IMG/VR virus record: IMGVR_UViG_3300037391_000017
Span: 1 to 64,000 of that record
DNA length: 64,000 nucleotides
Reading direction: 5' to 3' (one strand)
DNA from: a virus
The first letter of the stretch is position 1. Each line of letters opens with the position of its first letter. Positions 8,963 to 18,565 of this stretch are shown piece after piece. The translations under genes were made by a program, and so were the position numbers. A model generated the notes under the pieces. It saw nothing but the letters and a program-made list of their open reading frames with translations, made no database searches and was not told the origin of the DNA.

Positions 8963-10437
8963 TTCACCACCGCCTTTGAATTGGGCTTGAACGTGCCGAG
9001 AAACTGTAATGCTTCCACTGGCGTCATCTTCTGGAGTTCACTCAACTTCTCCGGGTGTTCGCGGAAAAATGTCTCGATGTTTTCCTGCTCACGAGCCGTG
9101 AACATGCGGTTGTACTGATCGAGAAGAGACGGGGGGACACGAGTAATCATATCCATGCTGGAGCCGCCCTTGTCGCCGCCAAGACCCTTCTTGAACGCCG
9201 AGTCGCCGATCTCTTTGATCTCCTCACTGTGCGAATTCAGCCAGTCCATCGTCTTAGCTGCCCCGCCGAGGAGGGTCGGATTGTAGTGTAGGGCCATCGT
9301 CATGCGGAACACGCTGTTGTTGTCGCCGCGAATATCGTTGACCGCAGACCACCAAACAGGATCGGAGTAGAACTCGGGGATGGTCTCGTCCATGAAGAAC
9401 TTGAGCATCTCTGCTTTGATCGTGTCGATCTGCTTGTAGTAGTAGAGGTAGTTCGCATCGTCGTAGACGATGTTGCCCTCAAAGTCGAACTTCTCCGTGT
9501 CATCATGGAACTGATCCCAATCGAACCCGTAGTAAATCGCGGACAATTCGCGGATGTCCTTTGCGTAGCCGTGAGTCGGGAAGTCCGTCGTATTCTCGGA
9601 GTACAGAACGATGGGCATGTCAGCCATCAACTCCACGTCGAACGCTTCGCTCATGGGGAACTTCTCGAAGTTGATGTTGCCGTGTACCATCTCGTGCTGC
9701 ATGATCTTGGGGACAGTGTTAACGTAGTCGGTCATCCAAGCATTCGGGTTGTAGTAGATGACGCCAGTGTTGAGCCACGTGACGCCGAGGATGCCGCCGA
9801 GGGGCGGGTTGTAACCAAGGTGCAGTTCGCGAGGGACGAAATCAGATGCCTTGGACGGCTTCGGCAGACGGTGCAATTCGCGGAAGGTGATATTGTACCC
9901 GGGAACCTTTTCGTCAAGCTGAGCCAGCAGTTCTTCGCGCTTGATGCCGAGCTTCGCGGCACGGGCCGTAACTGCTTTGTCAGCGACTACCGCATAGAAA
10001 TCGTTGTCACGCTTAGCGGCGATGACCACGATCTGGGTCAGAGTGTCTTCGACCAGCTTCAACTGATCTTCGGTAATGAAAAACTGATCGCACATCGACG
10101 TGTAGCGGATGCGGCCATCGGGCAGTCTGTAAGCGTGGTCGATGACGATCTTCAACTTCGTGGGGTTCTCGGTGACGCTGGATGTGCTCACAACGTCGGT
10201 GACTACCGAGATGCTATCGCTACCCGGGATGGTCTCACCGAGCGCACCGCCCTGATTGCAGTTCCATGTGGCTTGGAAGATGTGCATGTACTCTTCGCGC
10301 TGGCGAAGAAGGTCGGTTGATTGCTGGATACCCTTTGGGAAGAAAAACGGCTGGGCGGTGGGCATGTTCTGGCTAAACGCAGCGGCAGCCAGTAGGAGCA
10401 GAGATGCGATGGTCGTGCAAATCTTGCGAAACTTCAT
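8959..10437 (-). CDS. Secreted protein with an HExxH zinc-metallopeptidase-like motif
   Basis: Start re-called at MKFRKIC after GGGGGA; Sec signal peptide; MQHEMVHG. Confidence 0.7.
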   Translation of the reverse strand: MKFRKICTTIASLLLLAAAAFSQNMPTAQPFFFPKGIQQSTDLLRQREEYMHIFQATWNCNQGGALGETIPGSDSISVVTDVVSTSSVTENPTKLKIVIDHAYRLPDGRIRYTSMCDQFFITEDQLKLVEDTLTQIVVIAAKRDNDFYAVVADKAVTARAAKLGIKREELLAQLDEKVPGYNITFRELHRLPKPSKASDFVPRELHLGYNPPLGGILGVTWLNTGVIYYNPNAWMTDYVNTVPKIMQHEMVHGNINFEKFPMSEAFDVELMADMPIVLYSENTTDFPTHGYAKDIRELSAIYYGFDWDQFHDDTEKFDFEGNIVYDDANYLYYYKQIDTIKAEMLKFFMDETIPEFYSDPVWWSAVNDIRGDNNSVFRMTMALHYNPTLLGGAAKTMDWLNSHSEEIKEIGDSAFKKGLGGDKGGSSMDMITRVPPSLLDQYNRMFTAREQENIETFFREHPEKLSELQKMTPVEALQFLGTFKPNSKAVVK

Positions 10438-10531
10438 TGATCCCCCGAAACTGTGACCTAGATCACATATTACTACAATACTCATGTTAGCGGAAGTTGG
10501 CAAACAAAATCGTTAGCGATTTTGCCACTAT

Positions 10532-11257
10532 TTATTTGATTACTTCAATCGAAAAACCCGCAGCCGTGCATTCTTCCCGCTCTTGCTCAACGAAAAGCTC
10601 CTTCATTTCCCTGAACCACATCACGAATTTGCCGTCTTTGTACTCAGCATGATAACCACGTTTCTTGGCAAGCTCGTTGTTATGGAAGGTCACCAGCGCC
10701 TTCACGACCACCATTGGGCTCCGAGCCAGTTCCAGCACCTTATCCAGCGGGTATTGGTCAAGAAGCATCAACATACTGACTGTATCGAACGCCGCTCGGT
10801 GGGGAAATGGGTTCGGATAAAGTTTGTGATCGATGGGCATGTAGGGTAGCTTCCGAGAGAACCCCTTGGGGAGAGGCAGGTCGGTCATCGTGTCGATCCA
10901 AAGCTTGTTGGGATCGGATTCGAAATTATGACGGTCAGCCCACGCCTGCGTGAAGCCCTTATCGAACTTGATCCCATTGTGGGCACAGACGATTTCAGCC
11001 GCTTGATACCAGAGGAAGAACTGCTTAGCGCCTCTGAGATCATCCACACCATACTTGACCGATAACTCGGGTGCTTGGGGAAATTTTTCGAGAACTTCGA
11101 CCTCCCATATAGCGTCTGGGCCCGGATTAACTGGGTATCCCATGATCTTTATGGGTTGGCGCAGGTCGGTGTCCCACGTCGCCATTCCGACTTCGGTGAT
11201 GCGGTGGATTTTAGGATCGCCGCCCGTGGTTTCGAAATCGAGCCCTAGAATTAGCAT
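10532..11257 (-). CDS. DEDDh 3'-5' exonuclease (DnaQ-like)
   Basis: LDFETTG, AHNGIKFD, HRAAFD. Confidence 0.9.
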   Translation of the reverse strand: MLILGLDFETTGGDPKIHRITEVGMATWDTDLRQPIKIMGYPVNPGPDAIWEVEVLEKFPQAPELSVKYGVDDLRGAKQFFLWYQAAEIVCAHNGIKFDKGFTQAWADRHNFESDPNKLWIDTMTDLPLPKGFSRKLPYMPIDHKLYPNPFPHRAAFDTVSMLMLLDQYPLDKVLELARSPMVVVKALVTFHNNELAKKRGYHAEYKDGKFVMWFREMKELFVEQEREECTAAGFSIEVIK

Positions 11258-11649
11258 CAGTCCTTCACGACGGAGGCGGCTAGTCCGAGGCTCTTCTTCA
11301 ACTTGGTTTTTGCGTGGTAGGCGGAATCAGGCTTAGAACGATTGTACGCCATTTTCTCGTCCAGAGCAGCTTGGGGGTCAATGTCCCGCTCGTGGGCGTA
11401 AGCATAAAGATTCAGTAGCACGTCGGCGACTTCAGTTTTATCACCATCAGGAGGGATGCCAGCGTCTCTGCGGCGACGGTCTTGTCCAATGGAGAGATCG
11501 ACAGCGGATTGAATTTCTGCGGGAGAGAGACCAGCGGCGAGACCGAGTTCAACAGCTTCTTCAACGAGAGCCAGAGCACGTCCTAGCGGACCTGCCCATT
11601 CGGGAAAAACCCGCCTTACCCACGTTCCAACTGTCTCTGGAGTTTCCAT
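11257..11649 (-). CDS. MazG-like nucleotide pyrophosphohydrolase
   Basis: LVEEAVEL, EVADVLL, EKMAYNRSK. Confidence 0.75.
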   Translation of the reverse strand: METPETVGTWVRRVFPEWAGPLGRALALVEEAVELGLAAGLSPAEIQSAVDLSIGQDRRRRDAGIPPDGDKTEVADVLLNLYAYAHERDIDPQAALDEKMAYNRSKPDSAYHAKTKLKKSLGLAASVVKD

Positions 11650-11713
11650 GGTCTCATTGTATCACAAACCTCTAATGGGGGCGGTTGCCCGCCCCCAAAT
11701 CTTGGAGGGAGGT

Positions 11714-12697
11714 TTAGAGGTCTTCTACGTCGTCGAGGCGAGCTTCTTCGGCACCAGCCGCCACACCCGACAGTAGGGCTTTCCACTCTTGGAGAGTCAG
11801 CTTCTTGCCGAGACGCCCCTTGAGAATCTTGCCGTCTTCTTTGGTGAACTTCTCAGCGGCCTGTTTGACTTCTTCGACCAACTGAGGGTTCTGCTTCCAG
11901 CGGGCCTTTTGAGAGATGCGTTGGAACTGGTAACCGAATGCACGATCTGGATCGTGCTTCATCACGATGTCGATGTCGTACACGCTGACGTTCGGGTTAT
12001 CTTCAACCATCTCGTCAATCAAGTGCGAGACCGCACGGTAGTTGGAGCGGGTCAGGTCAACGTACTGAACTTCCCACTCGATGACTGCGCCCTTGTCGTA
12101 GCCGCCAGTCTTGGTGTCCGCGTTGGTGTAGCGGATAACGAGGGCTGCCACGTGCAACTCGCCGTCTTCGCCCAGCTTGGCGCAGCAATAGCCCGCGTCA
12201 GGGGAGTTGGCGGGAGTCAAACAACGTGCAGTCAGTTTCTTGCCCGGGAGTTCGACGAAGTGATTCTTCGCGCTCTTCGGCTTGATGAATGGGAGCAATG
12301 CGAAACGCACAGCCTTGCCCTTTTCGGAAGGGCGGCAGCGGTTGAGCATGTTCGGACGTGTGGCGAGCTTGTCGTCGCCGAACTCTACGTCGAGATCGTC
12401 CTCGTCTGCGGCTGCGGCTGGGGCATTACCCTTGGTGCCCTTGTGCCCACCTGCGGCGGCAGCTTTTGGAGTTGGTTCGTCGAGTTCATCTTCGGCAACC
12501 TTTGTCTTCGCTGGAGCAGTTGCGGCAGCGGCTTGTGGTTGTGCTGCTGGTGTGGCTTGCGCTACGGGTGCGGATACAGCGGCTTCGGCGTCCGCGAGTG
12601 CTTTCGCGGCGGCTGCGGCAGCGGCACGGGCCTTTGCAACAGCGTCGGATACAACGGGCTTTACATCTGCTAGTTCGTCTTCTGGAAATTGATTCAC
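11714..12697 (-). CDS. Probable single-stranded DNA-binding protein
   Basis: Disordered Ala-rich N-terminus, VRFALLP strand, His/Cys ligands, acidic tail LDDVEDL; replication context. Confidence 0.55.
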   Translation of the reverse strand: MNQFPEDELADVKPVVSDAVAKARAAAAAAAKALADAEAAVSAPVAQATPAAQPQAAAATAPAKTKVAEDELDEPTPKAAAAGGHKGTKGNAPAAAADEDDLDVEFGDDKLATRPNMLNRCRPSEKGKAVRFALLPFIKPKSAKNHFVELPGKKLTARCLTPANSPDAGYCCAKLGEDGELHVAALVIRYTNADTKTGGYDKGAVIEWEVQYVDLTRSNYRAVSHLIDEMVEDNPNVSVYDIDIVMKHDPDRAFGYQFQRISQKARWKQNPQLVEEVKQAAEKFTKEDGKILKGRLGKKLTLQEWKALLSGVAAGAEEARLDDVEDL

Positions 12698-12739
12698 GGT
12701 GTTTGTTCCTCTCAGGTCGATTTTTATTTGTTTGGTTTG

Positions 12740-13057
12740 TTACTTTACAACTTCCTGCTTACGCAGGTCCCCGAGCGTGATGAACTTGACTTTGCGCTTG
12801 GCATTCGTCATTTTGATCTCGCCCGTAAAGGGTATCTTTCGTCTAATACCCGATTTGTGGCGAATGGAGAACTTGCCAAAAGAATTTAGTTTCAATTGGA
12901 ATCCATTCACTGCTAGGTTGTTCAACAGGGTGTGCTCAAGTTCCGAGATCACCACGGTGATGATGTTTTCGGCTTCTTTTTTGGTCGAGAGATTCAACGC
13001 CTGTTGAACCCGTACCGTTAACTCGTCGCGGCCAGCTTTTGATTTGCCTGTAGACAT
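12740..13057 (-). CDS. HU/IHF-family DNA-binding protein
   Basis: LNSFGKFSI, RKIPFTGEI, KVKF. Confidence 0.9.
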   Translation of the reverse strand: MSTGKSKAGRDELTVRVQQALNLSTKKEAENIITVVISELEHTLLNNLAVNGFQLKLNSFGKFSIRHKSGIRRKIPFTGEIKMTNAKRKVKFITLGDLRKQEVVK

Positions 13058-13108
13058 GCGGGAAATTCCTCTTCATGTCTTAATACTGGATTTCAGGGTT
13101 TTATTGGG

Positions 13109-13140
13109 AAAAAAGAAAAGCCGCCCAGAACGGGCGGCTC
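13109..13140 (-). terminator. Intrinsic terminator after the beta-barrel gene
   Basis: agccgccc/gggcggct stem with a U-rich tail on the minus strand. Confidence 0.7.
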
Positions 13141-13165
13141 TCTGACTTACAGGATCAGGCGATCC

Positions 13166-13825
13166 TTAGAACACCAGCTTGAGGCCCACACCAGCGGAAC
13201 CGCCGCTGATGCGCTGCGTGATGTTGGTGGTCGGAACGTTCTGTACGGCAGTGTTAAGCGAAATATCCTGAGTCAAGCGAAGATGACCCTTCTTTGTCAG
13301 GAAGACTTCGTTGTGGAAATCCACGGTACGCTGGTTGGTAGCTGAACGACCCGGCAGTTCGTACAACGCCGTGATGCGATCACGGGAGAACTGGAAGCCG
13401 CCGCCGATAAGCGGAACAAAGGTCTGTCCTGCGTTGGGGAACAGGCCGCGAATCGTCTTGGCAGTTACGGTGTCCTGATAAAAGGTGCCGCCGCCGAGCA
13501 ACAGCTTGCCGACCTTCAAGAAGCCCGTACCCTGAACCGTGGCAGCGTAGGAATCGCCGCTACCAATTGCGGAGATGCCGAAGGTGCGATAGTTCTGGGA
13601 ATTGAAATTGGCATGAACGTCGAGCAACAGGTACTTGGTGCTGGATTCGATACCAGCGCCGACCGTGTAGTTGGGGTTGATGGCGGTAACGCTGGAACTA
13701 GCGGTAAGAGTGGACGACCCGCTGATGCCTGCGTCAACGTATGGAGCAAATGCTCCGCTTTGGGCGAATGCGGAACCGACCATGAGGACGAGAGCCGCAA
13801 GGACTAACAGAAATGACTTCTTCAT
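13166..13825 (-). CDS. Outer-membrane beta-barrel protein
   Basis: Signal peptide (AFA/Q), alternating beta-strands, C-terminal GVGLKLVF. Confidence 0.7.
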   Translation of the reverse strand: MKKSFLLVLAALVLMVGSAFAQSGAFAPYVDAGISGSSTLTASSSVTAINPNYTVGAGIESSTKYLLLDVHANFNSQNYRTFGISAIGSGDSYAATVQGTGFLKVGKLLLGGGTFYQDTVTAKTIRGLFPNAGQTFVPLIGGGFQFSRDRITALYELPGRSATNQRTVDFHNEVFLTKKGHLRLTQDISLNTAVQNVPTTNITQRISGGSAGVGLKLVF

Positions 13826-13864
13826 TACTTTATTCTCCTCGGGGATGATGTCCCCATTTACATA

Positions 13865-14722
13865 CTACTGCGTTTCCCAGATTTTGGCAAGCTTGAGGGC
13901 ACAAATGTATGGGTCACCCTTGTGCAACCGCCATCTGGAAAGCTCAACAATACTGTCAAAAACGCACCCTATGGGGAGCCGTAATTTTTTCAACATATTG
14001 AATTCTCTGGGCTTAAACTTGCCGATTTTACGGGCCGCGTACTCATCCCCTTCCCGAGCGAAGACGTAAACCACCAGTTCTTTGTACAGGGAGTTGAGGC
14101 GAAGACTGGGGTTCGTTCCACGGGGGAACCACGTCAAATGGTTGTTCCATGGATGAGGCCAGAACTTAAACGGCGGGGGTTCAGGACCTGTCAATAACCA
14201 CGCGGCTGCCCAGATCGCCGCATAAACGTCGTCCACTTCTTTGTGGACACTCAGGTCGCTCATCATCTTGACCATCGCATCGCCGAACTTCTCCACCGAG
14301 GCACGTGCGGGTCGTTCCAATTCGAGTAACTCGGCGGCGTATCGAACGATGGCGTTGGCTCCATCGCTCCCCTTGGTGATTGGGGCGAGAGCCCATATTC
14401 CCACGTTCGCTTTTACTTTGGAGGACAGATCGATTTGGCGGGAACGATCAACTCGAAGCAGGGAAGGTTCGTCTTTACCCAACACCATCTCGTCTTGGAC
14501 GGACTCAACTTCAACGCATTTGAGTTTGAAATGGTTCACTCCCTCACAGCCATCTATGCAGAAATGTGCGTGAGATAGGTAGTGCTCCGCGAAGCGGATT
14601 TGTGCCAGATCGTCCCCGACAAGAACGTTGTGCTGTTTGGGGGTCGGCTTTTCGAGGAGCAGGGGTGTCGAGGGATCACCTGATACCCTAACACCCGTCC
14701 TCAGTTTTCCTTGTGTTGGCAC
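13865..14722 (-). CDS. Hypothetical protein
   Basis: 285 aa ORF; GTATTAT-N6-GTG start motif. Confidence 0.65.
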   Translation of the reverse strand: MPTQGKLRTGVRVSGDPSTPLLLEKPTPKQHNVLVGDDLAQIRFAEHYLSHAHFCIDGCEGVNHFKLKCVEVESVQDEMVLGKDEPSLLRVDRSRQIDLSSKVKANVGIWALAPITKGSDGANAIVRYAAELLELERPARASVEKFGDAMVKMMSDLSVHKEVDDVYAAIWAAAWLLTGPEPPPFKFWPHPWNNHLTWFPRGTNPSLRLNSLYKELVVYVFAREGDEYAARKIGKFKPREFNMLKKLRLPIGCVFDSIVELSRWRLHKGDPYICALKLAKIWETQ

Positions 14723-14740
14723 AAGGAGATAATACCACGA

Positions 14741-14908
14741 TTACAGCTTCTTGGCTTCGGCTTTGGCGTCGGCTTCAACTGTTGCCAGCTTTGCCTTGGC
14801 CCAAATGTAAGCCTTGTGCAAGAATGCACCTGCGGCTGCGGTGAAAGCGTGCGACCAAGATGCGAGGCTTGCTGCGAATTTTGCGAGTTCTGCGGCGTTG
14901 ATGGACAT
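14741..14908 (-). CDS. 55-aa Ala-rich peptide (MSINAAELAKFAASL...), below the ORF-track cutoff
   Basis: GGAGG SD; open frame read manually. Confidence 0.65.
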   Translation of the reverse strand: MSINAAELAKFAASLASWSHAFTAAAGAFLHKAYIWAKAKLATVEADAKAEAKKL

Positions 14909-14934
14909 TGGGTTAAGTCCCTCCTAAGATAGGG

Positions 14935-15276
14935 TCAGGAAGTCCGTTTTGTGAAGGGGTCGGGGTAGTCCCAGTATCTGTGGACGAGCCACAAAACCCC
15001 TGCGGTTGCTATGGTTTGAGTCACATACCAGCCGATGAGGAAGGGGGCGTGTTCCGCGTAGGCGAGAGCCCCATTGTTGATCTGGATGAGGAAGTTAAGC
15101 CAGCAGGTGGTTTTGCAGAAGTCCCGCGTGTGCTTGCGGCGAATCATGCGGCGGTACAGGACGACATACATCCAGATCGCCATGAACATCGAGATCGAAA
15201 TGCAGATCGTCTTATCCGAGAATCCCGAAGGTAGAATCCCTATCAACATATTCTCCCCGTGCGACCATTGTGCCAA
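14935..15276 (-). CDS. Small three-TM membrane protein
   Basis: Three hydrophobic segments. Confidence 0.6.
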   Translation of the reverse strand: MAQWSHGENMLIGILPSGFSDKTICISISMFMAIWMYVVLYRRMIRRKHTRDFCKTTCWLNFLIQINNGALAYAEHAPFLIGWYVTQTIATAGVLWLVHRYWDYPDPFTKRTS

Positions 15277-15730
15277 TGAACTCGTCCCACGTATTGTAGT
15301 GCTGCACGGGCTTTATTCCTTCTTGCCGCAGGTCTGGAGGCAGGTCTCGGAGAAACACAAAGATCGTGTCGATGTTCGCCCGCAATGCGGGGTCTTCGGG
15401 ACCGATCACGATGCACTGGCGACCAGAGAGCAACGCCCCGCCGAATTCGGCCAAGCGAGTATTGCGAATGATTGCGGTGCCCGCACTGAACAGGACGAGA
15501 GTGTCGGCAGCTAGGATGTCTCGAATGTCGCGGATGGCGCAGCCGAATGCAAATAACTCGCGACTCAGATCGGTGGAGCCGTCTTTGTTGGTGAGGTTTG
15601 TAGCGCCCGTAGTGGACTGCTCGTCATGCCAGCGGGACGTGATGGTGAAGCCGATAGCACGCAGTTCTTTGGCGTGAGCCCGAATCTTTTCGAGCCAATC
15701 GAACGTCGCGGCTAGGTAAATTTTCTGCAA
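15212..15730 (-). CDS. Nucleoside 2'-deoxyribosyltransferase-like protein
   Basis: KIYLA, ITSRW, DIRDILAADTLVLF, EFGGAL. Confidence 0.75.
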   Translation of the reverse strand: MQKIYLAATFDWLEKIRAHAKELRAIGFTITSRWHDEQSTTGATNLTNKDGSTDLSRELFAFGCAIRDIRDILAADTLVLFSAGTAIIRNTRLAEFGGALLSGRQCIVIGPEDPALRANIDTIFVFLRDLPPDLRQEGIKPVQHYNTWDEFIGTMVARGEYVDRDSTFGILG

Positions 15731-15786
15731 AAGAAAACCCCACGGGGAAAATCCCCATGGGGTATGATACTGGATTTCTCGGGTTT

Positions 15787-16155
15787 TTAGTGGTTATTTG
15801 CAACCCACGCCGTAAACAACCCGCTGAAAATCGTCAGGCCCAACCACCAGTGAACCAGCGAAGCGATTTGAGCATCGCTCCCCGTCCATACGAAACCGAA
15901 GAACATCGGAGCCACGAGCAGAGCCACGAACATTACCACGAGAGGCACCACAAAAATTCCGCCGCACACAACGCCCAGAATAAAGCCCTTGAATAAATCC
16001 CACGGGTTCATGGGGGTGGGATCGTACTCTACGCGAGTGTTGGCTTCAACCGATACGACCTGCGACCCCGGTACTCCAGCGCCGTCAGCGTAAGTCCTAA
16101 CCCTGAGCGTTCCGCCTTGGGCGAGTAGCGTTTGCAGTTCGGTTATGTTTTCCAT
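15787..16155 (-). CDS. Membrane protein
   Basis: Hydrophobic C-terminal half; conserved promoter with leaderless ATG. Confidence 0.65.
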   Translation of the reverse strand: MENITELQTLLAQGGTLRVRTYADGAGVPGSQVVSVEANTRVEYDPTPMNPWDLFKGFILGVVCGGIFVVPLVVMFVALLVAPMFFGFVWTGSDAQIASLVHWWLGLTIFSGLFTAWVANNH

Positions 16156-16161
16156 ACCCCT

Positions 16162-16191
16162 ATTATACCCGAAATAAGACCGAAAACGGTA
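16162..16191 (-). promoter_or_regulatory. Conserved promoter TACCGT-N18-TATAAT
   Basis: Same gggtataataggggtatg 18-mer as at 3466 and 38300. Confidence 0.7.
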
Positions 16192-16227
16192 GGAATTCTG
16201 GACTATATTTGGTTTGTTTTCAACAAC

Positions 16228-16905
16228 TTAGCTCATACTCAACTTCGGCTTGGCGGTTTGGAACCGAGTATGGGCCTTGCCCATCTCCTGAACGAACCGC
16301 TGCGCGTCTACCATGTGCAGGAAAACCCGCTTGCCGAGCGGCGTCAGGGCGGTGCCGCCTTTCTTTGCGCTCACGATGCCGTATTGCTGACCCACGGCAA
16401 TGATGGCGTTAGCCAGATCGGTACAGACTTGCCGCTTGATGGCTTGTTCTTTTCCGGGCACAGCCTTGGACGTTATCGTCAAACTTTTTTCCATCGACTC
16501 CACGAGATATCTGTGGCGCGGGTGATTGAGTTCATCGAGCAGAAGCAGAAGCATGTGCCGCAGCACGGGCTCAAGGTGTGGTTGCATTCGTTTGAGTTCT
16601 TCGACGATGAGTCCGCCGACAAGAATCGCAACGCCGAATGTCGCTCCCCACTTCGTGCCGTTCATCAGTGCGTCTGGCTCCGCACTCATCTCGCTCATGG
16701 TTGGGTAGTTGGCGTACTTCGTAAGAAGCTTGCGCTCCTCGGCGATGAATATGGGTGCGGCTTTTGGATTGCCCGCACCGTCCGAGGCGATTGAAAGCAT
16801 TTCATTCTTCGCTTGCTCGGTCACGGTTTTTTGGATGAAAAGAATTTTCTTCAACTCATCCACGCTGTTGATGGGGACTAATGGTCGATCAAATTGTGTT
16901 TTCAT
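16228..16905 (-). CDS. Hypothetical protein
   Basis: 225 aa ORF, GAGGG SD. Confidence 0.7.
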   Translation of the reverse strand: MKTQFDRPLVPINSVDELKKILFIQKTVTEQAKNEMLSIASDGAGNPKAAPIFIAEERKLLTKYANYPTMSEMSAEPDALMNGTKWGATFGVAILVGGLIVEELKRMQPHLEPVLRHMLLLLLDELNHPRHRYLVESMEKSLTITSKAVPGKEQAIKRQVCTDLANAIIAVGQQYGIVSAKKGGTALTPLGKRVFLHMVDAQRFVQEMGKAHTRFQTAKPKLSMS

Positions 16906-17091
16906 GTTGCCCTCTAACTACGGAATACGATAACTAGCGAAACTTTTGTCTTTACACGATCCTCTTAATGAATGACAATCTAAAACCGAGGTATCGCCAT
17001 GACAGACTTGAAGATGCAGTTTTGGATCACTTTGTACCGTCTGTTCGGCAAGGCAGAAAGTTTCTGCTTGAAAATGGTAATTCGCGCCAAG

Positions 17092-17379
17092 CTAGGCTCT
17101 AAGCAGCATACGCCGTAAATAGTTCACAGTCGATGGGATGGTCTTGCAAATTTCAGACGAGCGATCCCCGACTGTGATGACGTAGTGCGATCCCGCGTAC
17201 ACATCCACAAACCACGTGAGCCCCTGAGTCTGGCTCTGCAACCGGTAATTCGGCACGTTGTTCACCGAGTATCGCCAGCCCTCTTGAATTTCTGTATCCA
17301 TGGCAATCGTGTTAACCAACACGGTCTTGACTACGCCGATGTCTCGCGGGTGGGGGAAGCGCGGGCGTCCTTTTCTCAT
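17092..17379 (-). CDS. Hypothetical protein
   Basis: Follows the upstream gene by 2 nt. Confidence 0.55.
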   Translation of the reverse strand: MRKGRPRFPHPRDIGVVKTVLVNTIAMDTEIQEGWRYSVNNVPNYRLQSQTQGLTWFVDVYAGSHYVITVGDRSSEICKTIPSTVNYLRRMLLRA

Positions 17380-17381
17380 AC

Positions 17382-17771
17382 CTAATACCTGACGTAGTTG
17401 ACCAACGCGGGGTCAAGTTCGTCGATGCCTGTCTGTGCCGCCTGTTTTGGCGGGGTGTAGATCAACGGGAACGGGGCGTCACCGTTGTACTGGCGTACCG
17501 TCCAATCGATGACTACGCTTTCCACGTAGACCACGGTGTGCCCCTCGAAAATGATGTTGGGATACCACTCGGGGCAGTAGTGCCGATCATGCTCGTCGTC
17601 CAGCACGATCTCCCATGTGGTGCACTTGATGCCGTCCTCAATCGCCAGCCTGCGGAAGGCGTAACTGGCTTCGGTACAGCGACCGTGGGCCGACTGGTGG
17701 TCTGCCAGCGAAGGGTTGCCCGTCTTGAAGTTCTCGATGAGTTGCTGGAGCCGCTTGCTGAGTTTCCTCAT
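17382..17771 (-). CDS. Papain/transglutaminase-like fold protein (Cys-His-Asp)
   Basis: GRCTEAS...HTVVYV...IDWTVRQY; start re-called from ggtattatctggtATG. Confidence 0.55.
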   Translation of the reverse strand: MRKLSKRLQQLIENFKTGNPSLADHQSAHGRCTEASYAFRRLAIEDGIKCTTWEIVLDDEHDRHYCPEWYPNIIFEGHTVVYVESVVIDWTVRQYNGDAPFPLIYTPPKQAAQTGIDELDPALVNYVRY

Positions 17772-17817
17772 ACCAGATAATACCATGATTACCAGTTTCT
17801 AGGTAGGAGGGTTCCCC

Positions 17818-18360
17818 ATGTTTTCATACTGTCCCGGCTATCAAAATCTCTTCGTCCGTTTCCTGTACAATTTCTTCATTCAGACACCCGAACAGGTTTG
17901 GATGCGGTGGATTTGCCGCATCATTCCGAGCAGCAAGACGCTCACCAATTACACCAGTGTCTCGGATGCAGTCCTGCTGAACGCATGGACACAGGCACAG
18001 CAGGGGTTGGCGACCGCCCCATTCCCTCTCAACGACGCGGGCGGCGATATACACGCAGCCGATCCACGGGCACTGACAATCCAGCCCGAGAACCTGACAG
18101 TGGTTGGTGTTCCAGACGTGTCGATTGCTACGCTCGTGAAGTACATCGATTCGGCGTGGTCGAAGGATAAAGACCCTTCGGGGACGATCCTTCTCATTGG
18201 GAGTAGCGGGCTTTTGGATTACGAGACCTGTCACGGCTTTACTTGTCCGTGGGCTCGGCCTCGCGTCTACGGGGCAAACAGCGTACTGGCTGCCGTGTGC
18301 GTGTACGAGTTCCAGAACGTGATCCTGAATAAACTCGGCTACGACGTTTCCGCCCGTTAA
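17818..18360 (+). CDS. Hypothetical protein
   Basis: AGGAGG SD; 180 aa. Confidence 0.6.
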   Translation: MFSYCPGYQNLFVRFLYNFFIQTPEQVWMRWICRIIPSSKTLTNYTSVSDAVLLNAWTQAQQGLATAPFPLNDAGGDIHAADPRALTIQPENLTVVGVPDVSIATLVKYIDSAWSKDKDPSGTILLIGSSGLLDYETCHGFTCPWARPRVYGANSVLAAVCVYEFQNVILNKLGYDVSAR

Positions 18361-18515
18361 GCGGCGGCAGCCATCGCCTTTGGCTTCTCTTCTTCATGGC
18401 GAGGCAAGCCCATCGTTTCGGGCGAGTGCTTCCGCAAGGCGTTGTACGTGATCGTCATGCATTGGTCGATAAACCCGAAACGCTCTCTTGATCGGCGATC
18501 CCCTGTTGTCGGCAT
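18357..18515 (-). CDS. 52-aa peptide ending KAMAAAA
   Basis: AGGAG SD; frame read manually. Confidence 0.55.
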   Translation of the reverse strand: MPTTGDRRSRERFGFIDQCMTITYNALRKHSPETMGLPRHEEEKPKAMAAAA

Positions 18516-18565
18516 AATATTCTCCTGTGTCTAAAATGTGGGGAGGGCGGGGGAGGAATCCCTTG

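Noticed and set aside
13865-14722. Clamp-loader delta (HolA) assignment
   Set aside because: Only a vague helical C-terminal resemblance; cannot be supported without a profile search.
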